DNA of 64,000 bases from a virus, in IMG/VR virus record IMGVR_UViG_3300021181_000006, positions 1 to 64,000 of that record; one strand, given 5' to 3'. A program made the position numbers and the translations under genes. The notes beneath the pieces are model-generated. The model did not search any database. It saw nothing but the letters and a program-made list of their open reading frames with translations, and was not told the DNA's origin. Shown here piece after piece: positions 7,119 through 16,977 of the stretch. Each line of letters starts with the position of its first letter. Position 1 is the first letter of the stretch.

Positions 7119-7830
7119 AGTCCTCATCAGAGCACAGAATAAACTCCTGTGCTCTGAGTTTGAAAAATCAGAAGAATTATCGATTTTACGGTGGTTATGG
7201 ACACTATCAGATAGTGTAGATTTGAACGATAAAGTAGAAGTAAAAGTAGCATACTTTATTGAATACGATAACGAATCAACCGAAGGACTATCGTATAAAA
7301 CTCCTTTTAGAGAGTTTAAAGACTTAGTTGGTTTTATTGCTGAATACCTAAAAAATAGGAAAGTTATCCAACCTATTAAAATAGAGCAAATAACCGCAAC
7401 ACATACAGTGATAGATCCTTCATCCTCGATAACAGAAGTATATGAAGATGAAGTTTCTGATGATGAAAGAGCATTATTGGTAAAACAGCCTGTCCATGAG
7501 GCTGAATATGAACCATATATGCGGGCTATTAGCCAATTTTTTTCTGATCAAAATATTCGGTATCAACCGAGTACAGGACGAGGTTTAGGTATAGTTCATT
7601 TATCTGATAATAGGACTATTAGATTAATACGTACTGTATCTGTAGGTTACTCTTTTGGTATCACGACGCCTGCCTATTATCAACAAACGGTATTTTGCGC
7701 CATTAAATATAAAGATACTATTTATATTTATCCGACATCGGTATTTATTGGTCTTAGTAAAATGACTATATGCTCTACATTTCTTTGTACTAAGAAAGAT
7801 GCATGCATAGCTCGGGTAGCTGTAACATAA
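7069..7830 (+). CDS. Hypothetical protein (AT-rich island)
   Basis: 253-aa ORF; start uncertain. Confidence 0.65.
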   Translation: MSIMSAVVLYQSMSRLEVLIRAQNKLLCSEFEKSEELSILRWLWTLSDSVDLNDKVEVKVAYFIEYDNESTEGLSYKTPFREFKDLVGFIAEYLKNRKVIQPIKIEQITATHTVIDPSSSITEVYEDEVSDDERALLVKQPVHEAEYEPYMRAISQFFSDQNIRYQPSTGRGLGIVHLSDNRTIRLIRTVSVGYSFGITTPAYYQQTVFCAIKYKDTIYIYPTSVFIGLSKMTICSTFLCTKKDACIARVAVT

Positions 7831-7864
7831 AAGAACCCTCCATACATTTCTGTATGGAGGGTTC
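7828..7864 (-). terminator. Terminator between convergent units
   Basis: 13-bp stem GAACCCTCCATAC/GTATGGAGGGTTC with A run on the left. Confidence 0.8.
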
Positions 7865-7885
7865 GCTTATCTATTTTCTTAGATA

Positions 7886-8257
7886 TTACTTCAAAGGACC
7901 AGCAGTAGGTGCCGAAGTTGCAGTAGGTGCGGCGGGAGCATCTGATTCAACCACATCACCATACTTGGCTTCAGTGGCCTTCACCCATGACTTACCGATG
8001 ATGGCAGTAATGTGAGTTAACCCATTAATAATCATATATACGATAGCTGCATCAAAGATGAGGTTCTGATGTAACTCACTGAGGACACCCTTGGTGAGCC
8101 ACAGAAGTCCAACTGCAATAGCGACGAGGACATAGACGTTGATATTGCTCAGCTGAGCGTTCTCAACATCAGTTACTGCGCTTTTGACAGCAGACGAGTC
8201 TTCGACTTTGGTGAAGAGATTTTTAACTGCGGTACCGATATCTGATAAGAATGACAT
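7886..8257 (-). CDS. Holin-like membrane protein
   Basis: Two hydrophobic segments; located at the end of the late operon. Confidence 0.55.
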   Translation of the reverse strand: MSFLSDIGTAVKNLFTKVEDSSAVKSAVTDVENAQLSNINVYVLVAIAVGLLWLTKGVLSELHQNLIFDAAIVYMIINGLTHITAIIGKSWVKATEAKYGDVVESDAPAAPTATSAPTAGPLK

Positions 8258-8296
8258 AGTTTTTCCTTAAATAGGGAAGTATATTACTTCCAGTTG

Positions 8297-8848
8297 TTAG
8301 TGATGCGTTGTAAGAGATAAACCGATAGCATAGCCAGGACTTCTTCCACTATAAGGGAAGAGATATCCAGCGGTGAGCCCTGTTTGGCTGAAGACGGATG
8401 GGAGGTAACCTTCTGGTGGGTAGAAACTGATACCGACACCGGCTGCCCATTGAGAGGCATAGATTCCTGGCGCAAGAGTGCCATAAGCGACTCGACATGG
8501 GGAATATACAACCCCTGATTGCCAGTGATGAGGATCGGCTTTGGTGTAGGCGGTCCATACACCCCAGTCGTTGGTGGTTTCACCGAGGTAGTGATCGTTG
8601 ACTGTGGAAACTTCGAGTGTTGAGCCCGATAGTGTGTCCGGTGTGGCGTACAGCCGCTCAGAATCAAGACTGCCAAACCACAGAGTATCACCAGATTTCT
8701 TGTCTTTAATAGTAATGGTAGCATCGGTATTTTGACCTTTTTTCCAAGTAGCATGAAAAGCTGGTTTCGCTTTTACTTCATTCTGCCCATTAATAGACGT
8801 AGCAGGTTGGTTAAACCAAATAGTATGCCGATAATGCCTGCCAAGCAT
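8297..8848 (-). CDS. Beta-rich envelope/lysis-associated protein, 5' end possibly frameshifted
   Basis: 183-aa ORF with alternating aromatic/Gly C-terminal strands; no clear RBS; an upstream TM peptide lies in another frame. Confidence 0.5.
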   Translation of the reverse strand: MLGRHYRHTIWFNQPATSINGQNEVKAKPAFHATWKKGQNTDATITIKDKKSGDTLWFGSLDSERLYATPDTLSGSTLEVSTVNDHYLGETTNDWGVWTAYTKADPHHWQSGVVYSPCRVAYGTLAPGIYASQWAAGVGISFYPPEGYLPSVFSQTGLTAGYLFPYSGRSPGYAIGLSLTTHH

Positions 8849-8911
8849 ATAATAGGAATGACATTACTCATGACGAAATACTATCAAGCCTCCGTAAGTT
8901 GCAACAACTTA

Positions 8912-10537
8912 CTAGAGTGATAGCCATCCCAATGACATACTATACAATTTTAGTCGCATAGCCTGTGAATTCACACTGAGCGTAGCTCCACTCACTCCAT
9001 CAATATTAAGCGTACTGGCTATAGTAACATTATTCGTTCCAGCACTGGCAGTAATGTCTTTGATGATAATTTCATCATTAAGAGTCGGGCTTACAGGTAA
9101 TGTAATAGTAAATATTCCACCACTAGAATCAGTCGTTATAATTTGTTTATGAACGGCTGGGCTCGGCAGTGGAGTAGTGCCGGTAGTTGCAGTGGTACGA
9201 TAAAATAAATGGTTATAAGTAATACTGACAATAAACGTATGCGTATCTAATTGATACCCAATAGAATATTCAGCAGGATTTGTAGAGTAATATCCAGCGC
9301 TTACCGCAGAGAAATCATACCAAAACTGAGTCGTAGGCGGTGCGCTGGTATTAATAGGCGATAATCCAGTGGTAGTAATAGCTCCAGAAATGGTTGCCTG
9401 CCCATTTTGAGCATACCCATTAGCTCCAATAGTCGCTTGAGTCTCAGTTGCTACAGCAGGAGTTACTGTTGCTACGTTGGAAGCAATACCAGTGATTCTG
9501 AAGAGTCCTAAGTTTAATGATGTTCCAGAAGTAATGAGGATGGCATCGCCAATAGCTCTACCGAGTAGCGAGTCAGAAGTAATGGACGATGCACCGTTGT
9601 TAAAGATCCAGCCAGATCCAGGTGAAGCAGTTAATGTTACCTGGGTAGATGGCTGACTGACCACTGCTAATGGTATATCAGTGGCTAAAGTAGCCGCTAT
9701 CCAGCATTGATTACTATATAATAATGGCTCTAAATAATACTGAGGTAATACCACAGCGTTATTAACGGTAGTATGAGGAATAGCTCCCAAAGCACTCGTG
9801 GTAATAAAAACATTACTACCACTTGGACTAGCAGCACCAGAAATAGCAGCGGCTTGCGTCGCATTCACTCGTCCATCTAAGACTGATTGTGTGACATAAG
9901 CATTTCCACTACCGGGAGATACCGCTGCATCAAGCGCAGCTTTTTCATTCGCTGTAGGTAACGACGTAATAGGATCTGATCCAGTCGTCTCATGGGTTGC
10001 GTGATGTGGTGTGGTTGGCGACGCCGAAAGGATAAACTTCGAAGTACCTGCATCATATTTAATAACAAACTGGTCAGTAATGCCAGCTGAGTTCACCACA
10101 ACACCGTTAATAGATCCGGCATTTTGCGGATCAGCCAATGTACCACTCAGTCCACCAACATTCAGGACATCAGATCCTGATAATTGGTGAGTGGCAACGT
10201 GAGCTGCAGGTGTACCGCCTGAGGTACCAGTCGCATCAGTAGTAATAACAAAATTCGTACCGTTATACTTTAATATAGCATTAGAAACTAAAGATCCTGT
10301 AATAGCATGAGCTAAAATATGATCTGCATTCTGCGCTGTAGTTAAAATACCAGTTAACCCGGTGAGATCTAATTGATCTGCACCACCATTTTGATGGCGA
10401 GCATGGTGATCTAACAGTAATGCCGTATCAGTGGTATGAGCCGCTTCCAACTGTGTAATAGCATCCTGTACATTATCTGCAGTGATAATGCCAGCATCAG
10501 TGATGAAACGGATGACTTGCGCGAGAGGATTAGACAT
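8912..10537 (-). CDS. Tail fibre-associated virion protein with HxxxHxxxGxD repeats
   Basis: HHARHQNGGADQL, HVATHQLSGSDVL, HHATHETTGSDPI; T/S/A-rich. Confidence 0.6.
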   Translation of the reverse strand: MSNPLAQVIRFITDAGIITADNVQDAITQLEAAHTTDTALLLDHHARHQNGGADQLDLTGLTGILTTAQNADHILAHAITGSLVSNAILKYNGTNFVITTDATGTSGGTPAAHVATHQLSGSDVLNVGGLSGTLADPQNAGSINGVVVNSAGITDQFVIKYDAGTSKFILSASPTTPHHATHETTGSDPITSLPTANEKAALDAAVSPGSGNAYVTQSVLDGRVNATQAAAISGAASPSGSNVFITTSALGAIPHTTVNNAVVLPQYYLEPLLYSNQCWIAATLATDIPLAVVSQPSTQVTLTASPGSGWIFNNGASSITSDSLLGRAIGDAILITSGTSLNLGLFRITGIASNVATVTPAVATETQATIGANGYAQNGQATISGAITTTGLSPINTSAPPTTQFWYDFSAVSAGYYSTNPAEYSIGYQLDTHTFIVSITYNHLFYRTTATTGTTPLPSPAVHKQIITTDSSGGIFTITLPVSPTLNDEIIIKDITASAGTNNVTIASTLNIDGVSGATLSVNSQAMRLKLYSMSLGWLSL

Positions 10538-10539
10538 AA

Positions 10540-13236
10540 TTAGTACCTAAATACCGTAATACGGTATACTTGTGCATCACGGGTAGAATTTGCAATAACG
10601 TTTACTGATGCGCATTTAAAACCATTGACGGTATATACCGAAGCATCTCCAGTAATAGTCGCTACGGTAGTCGCTATATTGTCATCCGATGCCTGCATGG
10701 CGACTGTGTAGTTTACATCTGGTTGTGCAGAAGCGAAGGTAACTTGGTATTGTCCGGTACCTACATAGGTGACACCAGAAATAATACCAGATGTGGATAA
10801 TCCAACAATCGCACCAGAGGATGGATTAAATGCAGCAGTACCAATCACTCCAGGTAATACCCATGCTCCACCAGCTCCAAGAACCTTACCAAGTGCCGCA
10901 TCTCCCAGAGATGGAGCGGGTACTGCACCTGGAGTCAGTCCACCAAAGCTATTAAAGCCTTCAGTGAAAAGCTGGAGTTTCTCGCCACTCGTCAGAGCCC
11001 TACTATAGAACTGCATCTCAGCAAGATCACCAACATAATTCTGTGCAGAGAAATCAGTGCCATAGGATAATGTATAATTATTAATAGCGAAATCAGTAAT
11101 AGATACGGTGTTACTCACTGATCCATCTATCTCAATAGTCAGATTCGTTGGCGTTTTTTCACAAATGACAAAGTGCCAAAGACCATCATTCACTGTACTA
11201 GTTGATTGGAATGAGCCTACTCCTGAACCAGTAGCCCATCCACCAATAAAGGCATTAAATCCTATAGCGCCTGCAGTCGCAGCACTGATGAATACATACA
11301 CCTGACTGGGTGTAGTAGTGCCAAAATTCTGACCAGAAGCCATGATACACTGAATGCTTGATGATGTGGTCTTCATCCAGAAAGCTACAGTCCAACTACC
11401 ACCAGTCCCAACTGCAGGAACAGCATTTCCAGTTGATATCAATGTGCTACTACCACTGAAACCAAGAGCATTATTAAATGGACCTGGTACAGATGACAAC
11501 GACGTACCAGTGAACGTACCACCAGTCCCATAATCATTTGGATTAGTAGTGCTATCATTGCCAGGAATAAATACTGCGCAATCGGTGAAAAGAACAGTCT
11601 CTCCATCACCAATGAAATCTGGAATATCAGTACCAACCAATGTGACTGCGCCTGTACGAGTATTTACGCTAGAAGCACTGGTGACCCACGTGCTACCTGC
11701 ACCTAATACTTTATGGTTACCTGCATCGCCAAGGGCTGGAGCAGGAACGGTTCCAACGGCAGGAACGGTTGTACCAGCTACGAGATTAAATTGGTTCAGC
11801 TTTATTTGTACGGCTGTTACAGGAGCTGGATCAACATCAGTAAATCTCAAGCGCCAATATCTATATGCAGTGCTTGCTGCACTGAGATCGTAGACATTTC
11901 CTGGAGTATTATTAACGGAGGTAGTTCCTGCAATATTTTGCGAGGTCTGAGTATCAACTGTATTCCATGTAGCATCATCGTTAGAACCTTCCAAGATCCA
12001 GCCATACAGGTTATTGGCGGTTCCAGCGAAGCTTAATCCAACGATATAACTTACTAATGATAAGGCAGTTCCAAGGTCATAGGCCACGGCAATCATATTA
12101 CTGGTGCTTAAGCCACCATTTGCAGCCTGAAGACCAATAATGCCAATGTTACTACCTGGAGTAAACACTCCAGCATTATTTAACATAGCCGATAAAGAGC
12201 CATAACCACTAAAGCCAGTACTATAAGATACAGCTACTACATTTGGAGTTGGTCTGGTATTCGTACTCGTATTAATATCAAAACTGCCAACCGTGGAGAA
12301 TACTTCAGTTGGCCAATTGGTATTAGGTAATGGATTAAACGATGTATCGCCAATAAATACAGGAAGGTCTGTTCCTATGAGAGTTACAGCCCCTGCTCGT
12401 GTATTGACAGTAGAAACACCGGATCCACCTCCAGGAGCATCAATGGTAATATTCGATCCAGAAGGTGTAATAGTCACACCTGATCCAGCTACTAATGTTA
12501 ATCCACCAGTCAGCGAATTCAGCGAAGAGACGCCTCCACCGCCACCACCAGTACCGAAAGGTCCAACGGTAGAGCCATTAATACGAGCAAAAAAACCTGC
12601 GGTAGTTGTCCATACATCACCATTTGCTGGTGATGTTGGCGCCGTACCATGTGGTACATTGAGTCCAGCATCATTCGTGGCAGAGGCTAAAGTAACTAAT
12701 GGCGTACCAAGAGTAAGATTATTAGTGCCTGCAGCGCCAGGAGTATAGGTCATAGCAATAATACTATGTACTACATCATTAAAAGTATAATTAGTACTTG
12801 ATGCAACCATCGTATACAGACTGGTATTATTCACCTGCATGGTGATGAGAGATGTATGGCCAGCATCGCCATCGAGTAATAGACCAGCGTTAAAAGAAGC
12901 GCCAACGAGGTTCAGAGATAACGTATGACCATCGAAGGTAAAATGGCTAGTTCCACCAACTGTATTGGTACCAATACCTACGGCGATCTGTGTAGCAGCA
13001 ATACTACCGGCTATTCCGCTACTTCCTGCAGCAGTAATAGTGATATTATTACCTGATGGTGTGAGAGTAATATTAGTACCAGCTACGAAAACAACATCTC
13101 CAACCAATGTATTGACTGAACTCACAACCGATCCAGCATCAGCATATGAATCAATCAAATCGCCAAAGTTCGTCTGAGTTGGTCTAGCGCCAGTGACGAA
13201 TACGGCTTTATTAAATGATTTTGAGCGAGCTGTCAT
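10540..13236 (-). CDS. Tail fibre / receptor-binding protein with discoidin-like and LamG-like domains
   Basis: VNTRxGAVTL repeats; WILEGSNDDATW...YRYWRL (F5/8C-like); WTVAFWMK...DGLWHF...EIDG...GDLAEMQFYSRALT (LamG-like). Confidence 0.75.
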   Translation of the reverse strand: MTARSKSFNKAVFVTGARPTQTNFGDLIDSYADAGSVVSSVNTLVGDVVFVAGTNITLTPSGNNITITAAGSSGIAGSIAATQIAVGIGTNTVGGTSHFTFDGHTLSLNLVGASFNAGLLLDGDAGHTSLITMQVNNTSLYTMVASSTNYTFNDVVHSIIAMTYTPGAAGTNNLTLGTPLVTLASATNDAGLNVPHGTAPTSPANGDVWTTTAGFFARINGSTVGPFGTGGGGGGVSSLNSLTGGLTLVAGSGVTITPSGSNITIDAPGGGSGVSTVNTRAGAVTLIGTDLPVFIGDTSFNPLPNTNWPTEVFSTVGSFDINTSTNTRPTPNVVAVSYSTGFSGYGSLSAMLNNAGVFTPGSNIGIIGLQAANGGLSTSNMIAVAYDLGTALSLVSYIVGLSFAGTANNLYGWILEGSNDDATWNTVDTQTSQNIAGTTSVNNTPGNVYDLSAASTAYRYWRLRFTDVDPAPVTAVQIKLNQFNLVAGTTVPAVGTVPAPALGDAGNHKVLGAGSTWVTSASSVNTRTGAVTLVGTDIPDFIGDGETVLFTDCAVFIPGNDSTTNPNDYGTGGTFTGTSLSSVPGPFNNALGFSGSSTLISTGNAVPAVGTGGSWTVAFWMKTTSSSIQCIMASGQNFGTTTPSQVYVFISAATAGAIGFNAFIGGWATGSGVGSFQSTSTVNDGLWHFVICEKTPTNLTIEIDGSVSNTVSITDFAINNYTLSYGTDFSAQNYVGDLAEMQFYSRALTSGEKLQLFTEGFNSFGGLTPGAVPAPSLGDAALGKVLGAGGAWVLPGVIGTAAFNPSSGAIVGLSTSGIISGVTYVGTGQYQVTFASAQPDVNYTVAMQASDDNIATTVATITGDASVYTVNGFKCASVNVIANSTRDAQVYRITVFRY

Positions 13237-13251
13237 AGGGTACCTAGAGTG

Positions 13252-13554
13252 TTATTGAACCGTAAAAACTGGAGAAGGTGATGTAATAAAATCAAATCCT
13301 ATACCGTCACCAGGTGGCACAAACGAGCAGATGAGTGCGATTTTTCTATATCGGCTAGGACCAGTATACGGCTTGGTGAGTACCGTGCCAGTTGGCAAGG
13401 ATATTTTATTCACCCAATCTGGGAGCCAACGATAGGATTCGATAGCTTGCTGTCCGGTTTTATTACTACGATTCGGATTCTGGATACACCCAGCATCGAT
13501 AAAGCAATCAAACTCAGCTCCAGTGATATCTACAGTAGATGGAGGTACAGACAT
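13252..13554 (-). CDS. Small virion-associated hypothetical protein
   Basis: 100-aa ORF in the fibre cluster. Confidence 0.55.
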   Translation of the reverse strand: MSVPPSTVDITGAEFDCFIDAGCIQNPNRSNKTGQQAIESYRWLPDWVNKISLPTGTVLTKPYTGPSRYRKIALICSFVPPGDGIGFDFITSPSPVFTVQ

Positions 13555-13570
13555 ACCTCAGTATAGAATA

Positions 13571-14293
13571 TTACGGTAGGTTTGCCATGACTTGCGGTGG
13601 AATGGGTATACCACGACGAATACATGCGTTCTTACGTGCTAAATTAGCATACTTCAGATGTAAATCTGGATAATCATTCATAATCGATGAATAATTATCA
13701 TTCCAGTTGTATTGGTAGAGAATCTTCTTGAGATGGAATATTCTCCCAACTTCACTCATTTTTAGGTAGAGATCATAGTTGGCGCAGTAACGGAATGTCA
13801 GACTCAATCCATTAACAGCTGTATATAAAGTACGCTTATATACAGCTAGGTGCTGAATACAGTTATTAACGAGCATATTCTCTTTTGAATACGGTATACT
13901 TCCAGCTGGACTGATCATATTCGGTTTACCATCAACAAACCATTGTTGATCGGTATAAACGAGATCATAGTCATTAAAAACTGCTATCACATCATTAAAT
14001 GCGGTTGGATTGAGGATATCATCACTATCTAAAAAACAAATATACTCTGATGTCCCTTTACTCACGCCAAGTTTCTTAGCATAGGTTACCGAACCATTGT
14101 GAGTAGTTTTCTTCACCACAGTAATGCGTGCATCATGTCTTGCAGCATTCTGAGCAACTGCCAGAGTATGATCAGTAGAACAATCATCTACGATGATCAG
14201 TTTCCATTGGCGATAAGACTGTCCTAAAACAGAGTTAATCGCTCTCTGAAGCATCTCAGGACGATTATAGACAGCAATAATGCAATCAATCAT
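13571..14293 (-). CDS. Glycosyltransferase family 2
   Basis: IIAVYN...RAINSVLGQSY...IVDDCSTD; FLDSDD DxD motif. Confidence 0.92.
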   Translation of the reverse strand: MIDCIIAVYNRPEMLQRAINSVLGQSYRQWKLIIVDDCSTDHTLAVAQNAARHDARITVVKKTTHNGSVTYAKKLGVSKGTSEYICFLDSDDILNPTAFNDVIAVFNDYDLVYTDQQWFVDGKPNMISPAGSIPYSKENMLVNNCIQHLAVYKRTLYTAVNGLSLTFRYCANYDLYLKMSEVGRIFHLKKILYQYNWNDNYSSIMNDYPDLHLKYANLARKNACIRRGIPIPPQVMANLP

Positions 14294-16977
14294 TCGCCAC
14301 CTGAGACCATGGTAATCACGAGAGTTTCAGTATCTGTACCACCCGCATTAGTTGCCGAGATAGAGACGCTATATTCCATGCCATTCGTTTCACCACTGGA
14401 TACCGTACCTGAGATTACACCAGTTGATGTATTAACACTTAGGTAGCCAGGTAATCCAGTAGCATTATAACTCGTAGGAGTATTGGTAGCGACAATATCG
14501 TAAGTAAACGCTGAGTTAATCGTACCAGTAGCAGTCAGGCTACTTGTAATAACTGGCGCAGGAGACGGTGGATTAGGAGATGCAAGAGCCTGCCCGTAGA
14601 TACGTTTAGAAATCGCGTCATACGGCAGAATATTCACCGAAGCCAGATTCATATCCCATGTATACAGATCTTTAAAGATATTCCGATAGGTATCACTACG
14701 ACTTTGTAGCTCGTATCCAAGACCCTGCATATCAGCAACAGTAGCTTCTCCAGGGATGATATCGATATCGCCATCGATCATGTAGACGTTGCTTTGGAAC
14801 ATAGATCCTTCAGACAGCGTTCCTTGATAGACGGTACAACCTACTGTACCTGCTGATGCCGCAATGATATTACCAGACGATACCAGTACCGTTGGATTAT
14901 TAAGATTAATCATCACGGTAAATGGATCAGTCTGTGCAGCAGCATCCCACCAAACAGTATTGTTCTGGAATAAGAGATTACCATTATTGAGCGCAGTGGA
15001 ATCAATGACAGTGGAATTAGCTGTAGCTCCCACATCTAAAAATGCATTTCCAATGATGGAAACATTTTGTGCAACCACCTGAATAGCCATTGGGCTACTA
15101 ATAGTGGGATCGTAATTACCTCTAAAAATATTATTCAGGATCAGAACGGTATTTGTAGCACCTGAATCCTCATTGAGAGCTACTCCTACTTGTTGGTAGG
15201 AACCTAAGAAAATATTATTCGCAATGGTGAGATGAGCTGTATCCGTTGGTGTCACTAACAGACAATTCTTAGCAAGCTGTCCATTACTTTCCATGTAGTT
15301 GTATTGGAAGACGAAATTAGTGCCGATGTCACTCAATACAAAGAAGTACGGTGTCACAGTACCGACTTGTACAATTGAGTTCCCTTGGATCTGAACATCA
15401 TTATTAGCAGATTGTAAGAGAAGAGCGCCATTAGATACATTAAATCTGCAATTAAGCATTAAAAAGCCATTGAAATATGTAAAAGTCTCATCTCCACCAG
15501 ATTTTGTTAGACTAATAATATATCCGCCTAAAGAACCACCATAGAGATCAAAATCGATATCGACGATGCTTAAATTTGGTAATCCGATTCCGCCAGCCAC
15601 TGCATAATGCAGGAACGTTCCTTGTGACGGAGTCTCATAGACCTTACCATTGTTACGGACAATTGAACTATCGCTAGCATGGATATAAATAAGTCCTGAG
15701 CTATTGTCATAATACGCTGATCCAGGATTGCTCGCACAATCAGATTCATCAGTAGCATTTAAGAGTAAGACACCATCTTCAAAAATATCTGGCGTATTAT
15801 TGAAGTTCAGGCACTGAATGGCATTGGATGTCCAGACCAATAACGCACCATCATCTGGAGTCCATTTATTAAAGGTATTATTAGGAATAATACCTCCACC
15901 TGAAAACTTCACACGCTGCGTACTATCGATATTGGTCAGAGTGATACCGAAGCTACCAACATTGGTTGGGAAGTAAGCGGTATTAAGATCAATAAAGTCT
16001 CTATATGCTCCACGTGGATCCGAGTCAGTAGGAGCGCCAAAGAAGAGTTGGCTTGCTGAAAATGCCTGTCCATGCATGAATGCATTCATACGACTGAACG
16101 CTTCATTAAATGAAACCCATTCTTGACCAGGGCCAAACGTCCAGTTGTCTCCATGGGTTGTAAATACTCTAGTAAAGACTGGCGATGTCTCTAATGGTGT
16201 AGATGCAGGGCACGAAGAACCTTTATTCCATATGAATCGTAAATATCCACCATTAAACGATTTATTATCGTTAGTATAATTCCAGACGAAGACGGAGTTT
16301 ACTCCACTAGTGAGCGGCGAATGGCTAAATAATCCATCACCAGTGACAGCAGTACAGGTATGCCATACCGCATTATCAGTACTCCACTGAAATTGGTTTA
16401 AACAGACCTGTGATCCGTCAAATGTAGTAACATTATAACCAATATACATATTACCATTATGAGGATAGGTATATTGAATGAATGAAATATCTATACCAGT
16501 ACTGATGGTAAATATATTACTAATACCTTCTAAATCATCATTATTTTTTGCTGCAATGGCAACTTTTGCTCCATTGAGAGACTGACCATCACAAAGATCT
16601 GCACCAGAATTCCAAACAAAAAACTGATTGGTTGTTCCATTCGCTACCAGTGGATCTGGGCTACGCGTCACCTGAGTCATAGGTTTATACGTAGCGCCGC
16701 CATCAAGAGAGAATGCACAATCAGGGGCGTATAAGAGAACGGGTGTTAATACGTCAAAAACCGTAAAGTTAATAGTGACCTGATTGGTACCAATATCAAC
16801 ACTGGTAATAGTAATCGCAGGAGGCGGTGTAAACGTCACATGGAATGAGCCACTGAGCCCAGATTGCTTCGTCTTCTGAACGCCAATAGCAATGAGAGTA
16901 CCAGACAAGCCAGACTGACGAGAGCCCAGTTGCTTATTAACAAAATGGCTACCTGATAGGCCGCTCAAACCGGTCAT
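14290..16977 (-). CDS. Tailspike-like protein with beta-helix repeats and C-terminal Ig-like (He_PIG-type) domain
   Basis: Repeated (I/L)xNNxF motifs; PVITSSLTATG...FTYDIVATNTPTSYNATGLPGYLSVNTSTGVISG. Confidence 0.65.
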   Translation of the reverse strand: MTGLSGLSGSHFVNKQLGSRQSGLSGTLIAIGVQKTKQSGLSGSFHVTFTPPPAITITSVDIGTNQVTINFTVFDVLTPVLLYAPDCAFSLDGGATYKPMTQVTRSPDPLVANGTTNQFFVWNSGADLCDGQSLNGAKVAIAAKNNDDLEGISNIFTISTGIDISFIQYTYPHNGNMYIGYNVTTFDGSQVCLNQFQWSTDNAVWHTCTAVTGDGLFSHSPLTSGVNSVFVWNYTNDNKSFNGGYLRFIWNKGSSCPASTPLETSPVFTRVFTTHGDNWTFGPGQEWVSFNEAFSRMNAFMHGQAFSASQLFFGAPTDSDPRGAYRDFIDLNTAYFPTNVGSFGITLTNIDSTQRVKFSGGGIIPNNTFNKWTPDDGALLVWTSNAIQCLNFNNTPDIFEDGVLLLNATDESDCASNPGSAYYDNSSGLIYIHASDSSIVRNNGKVYETPSQGTFLHYAVAGGIGLPNLSIVDIDFDLYGGSLGGYIISLTKSGGDETFTYFNGFLMLNCRFNVSNGALLLQSANNDVQIQGNSIVQVGTVTPYFFVLSDIGTNFVFQYNYMESNGQLAKNCLLVTPTDTAHLTIANNIFLGSYQQVGVALNEDSGATNTVLILNNIFRGNYDPTISSPMAIQVVAQNVSIIGNAFLDVGATANSTVIDSTALNNGNLLFQNNTVWWDAAAQTDPFTVMINLNNPTVLVSSGNIIAASAGTVGCTVYQGTLSEGSMFQSNVYMIDGDIDIIPGEATVADMQGLGYELQSRSDTYRNIFKDLYTWDMNLASVNILPYDAISKRIYGQALASPNPPSPAPVITSSLTATGTINSAFTYDIVATNTPTSYNATGLPGYLSVNTSTGVISGTVSSGETNGMEYSVSISATNAGGTDTETLVITMVSGGE

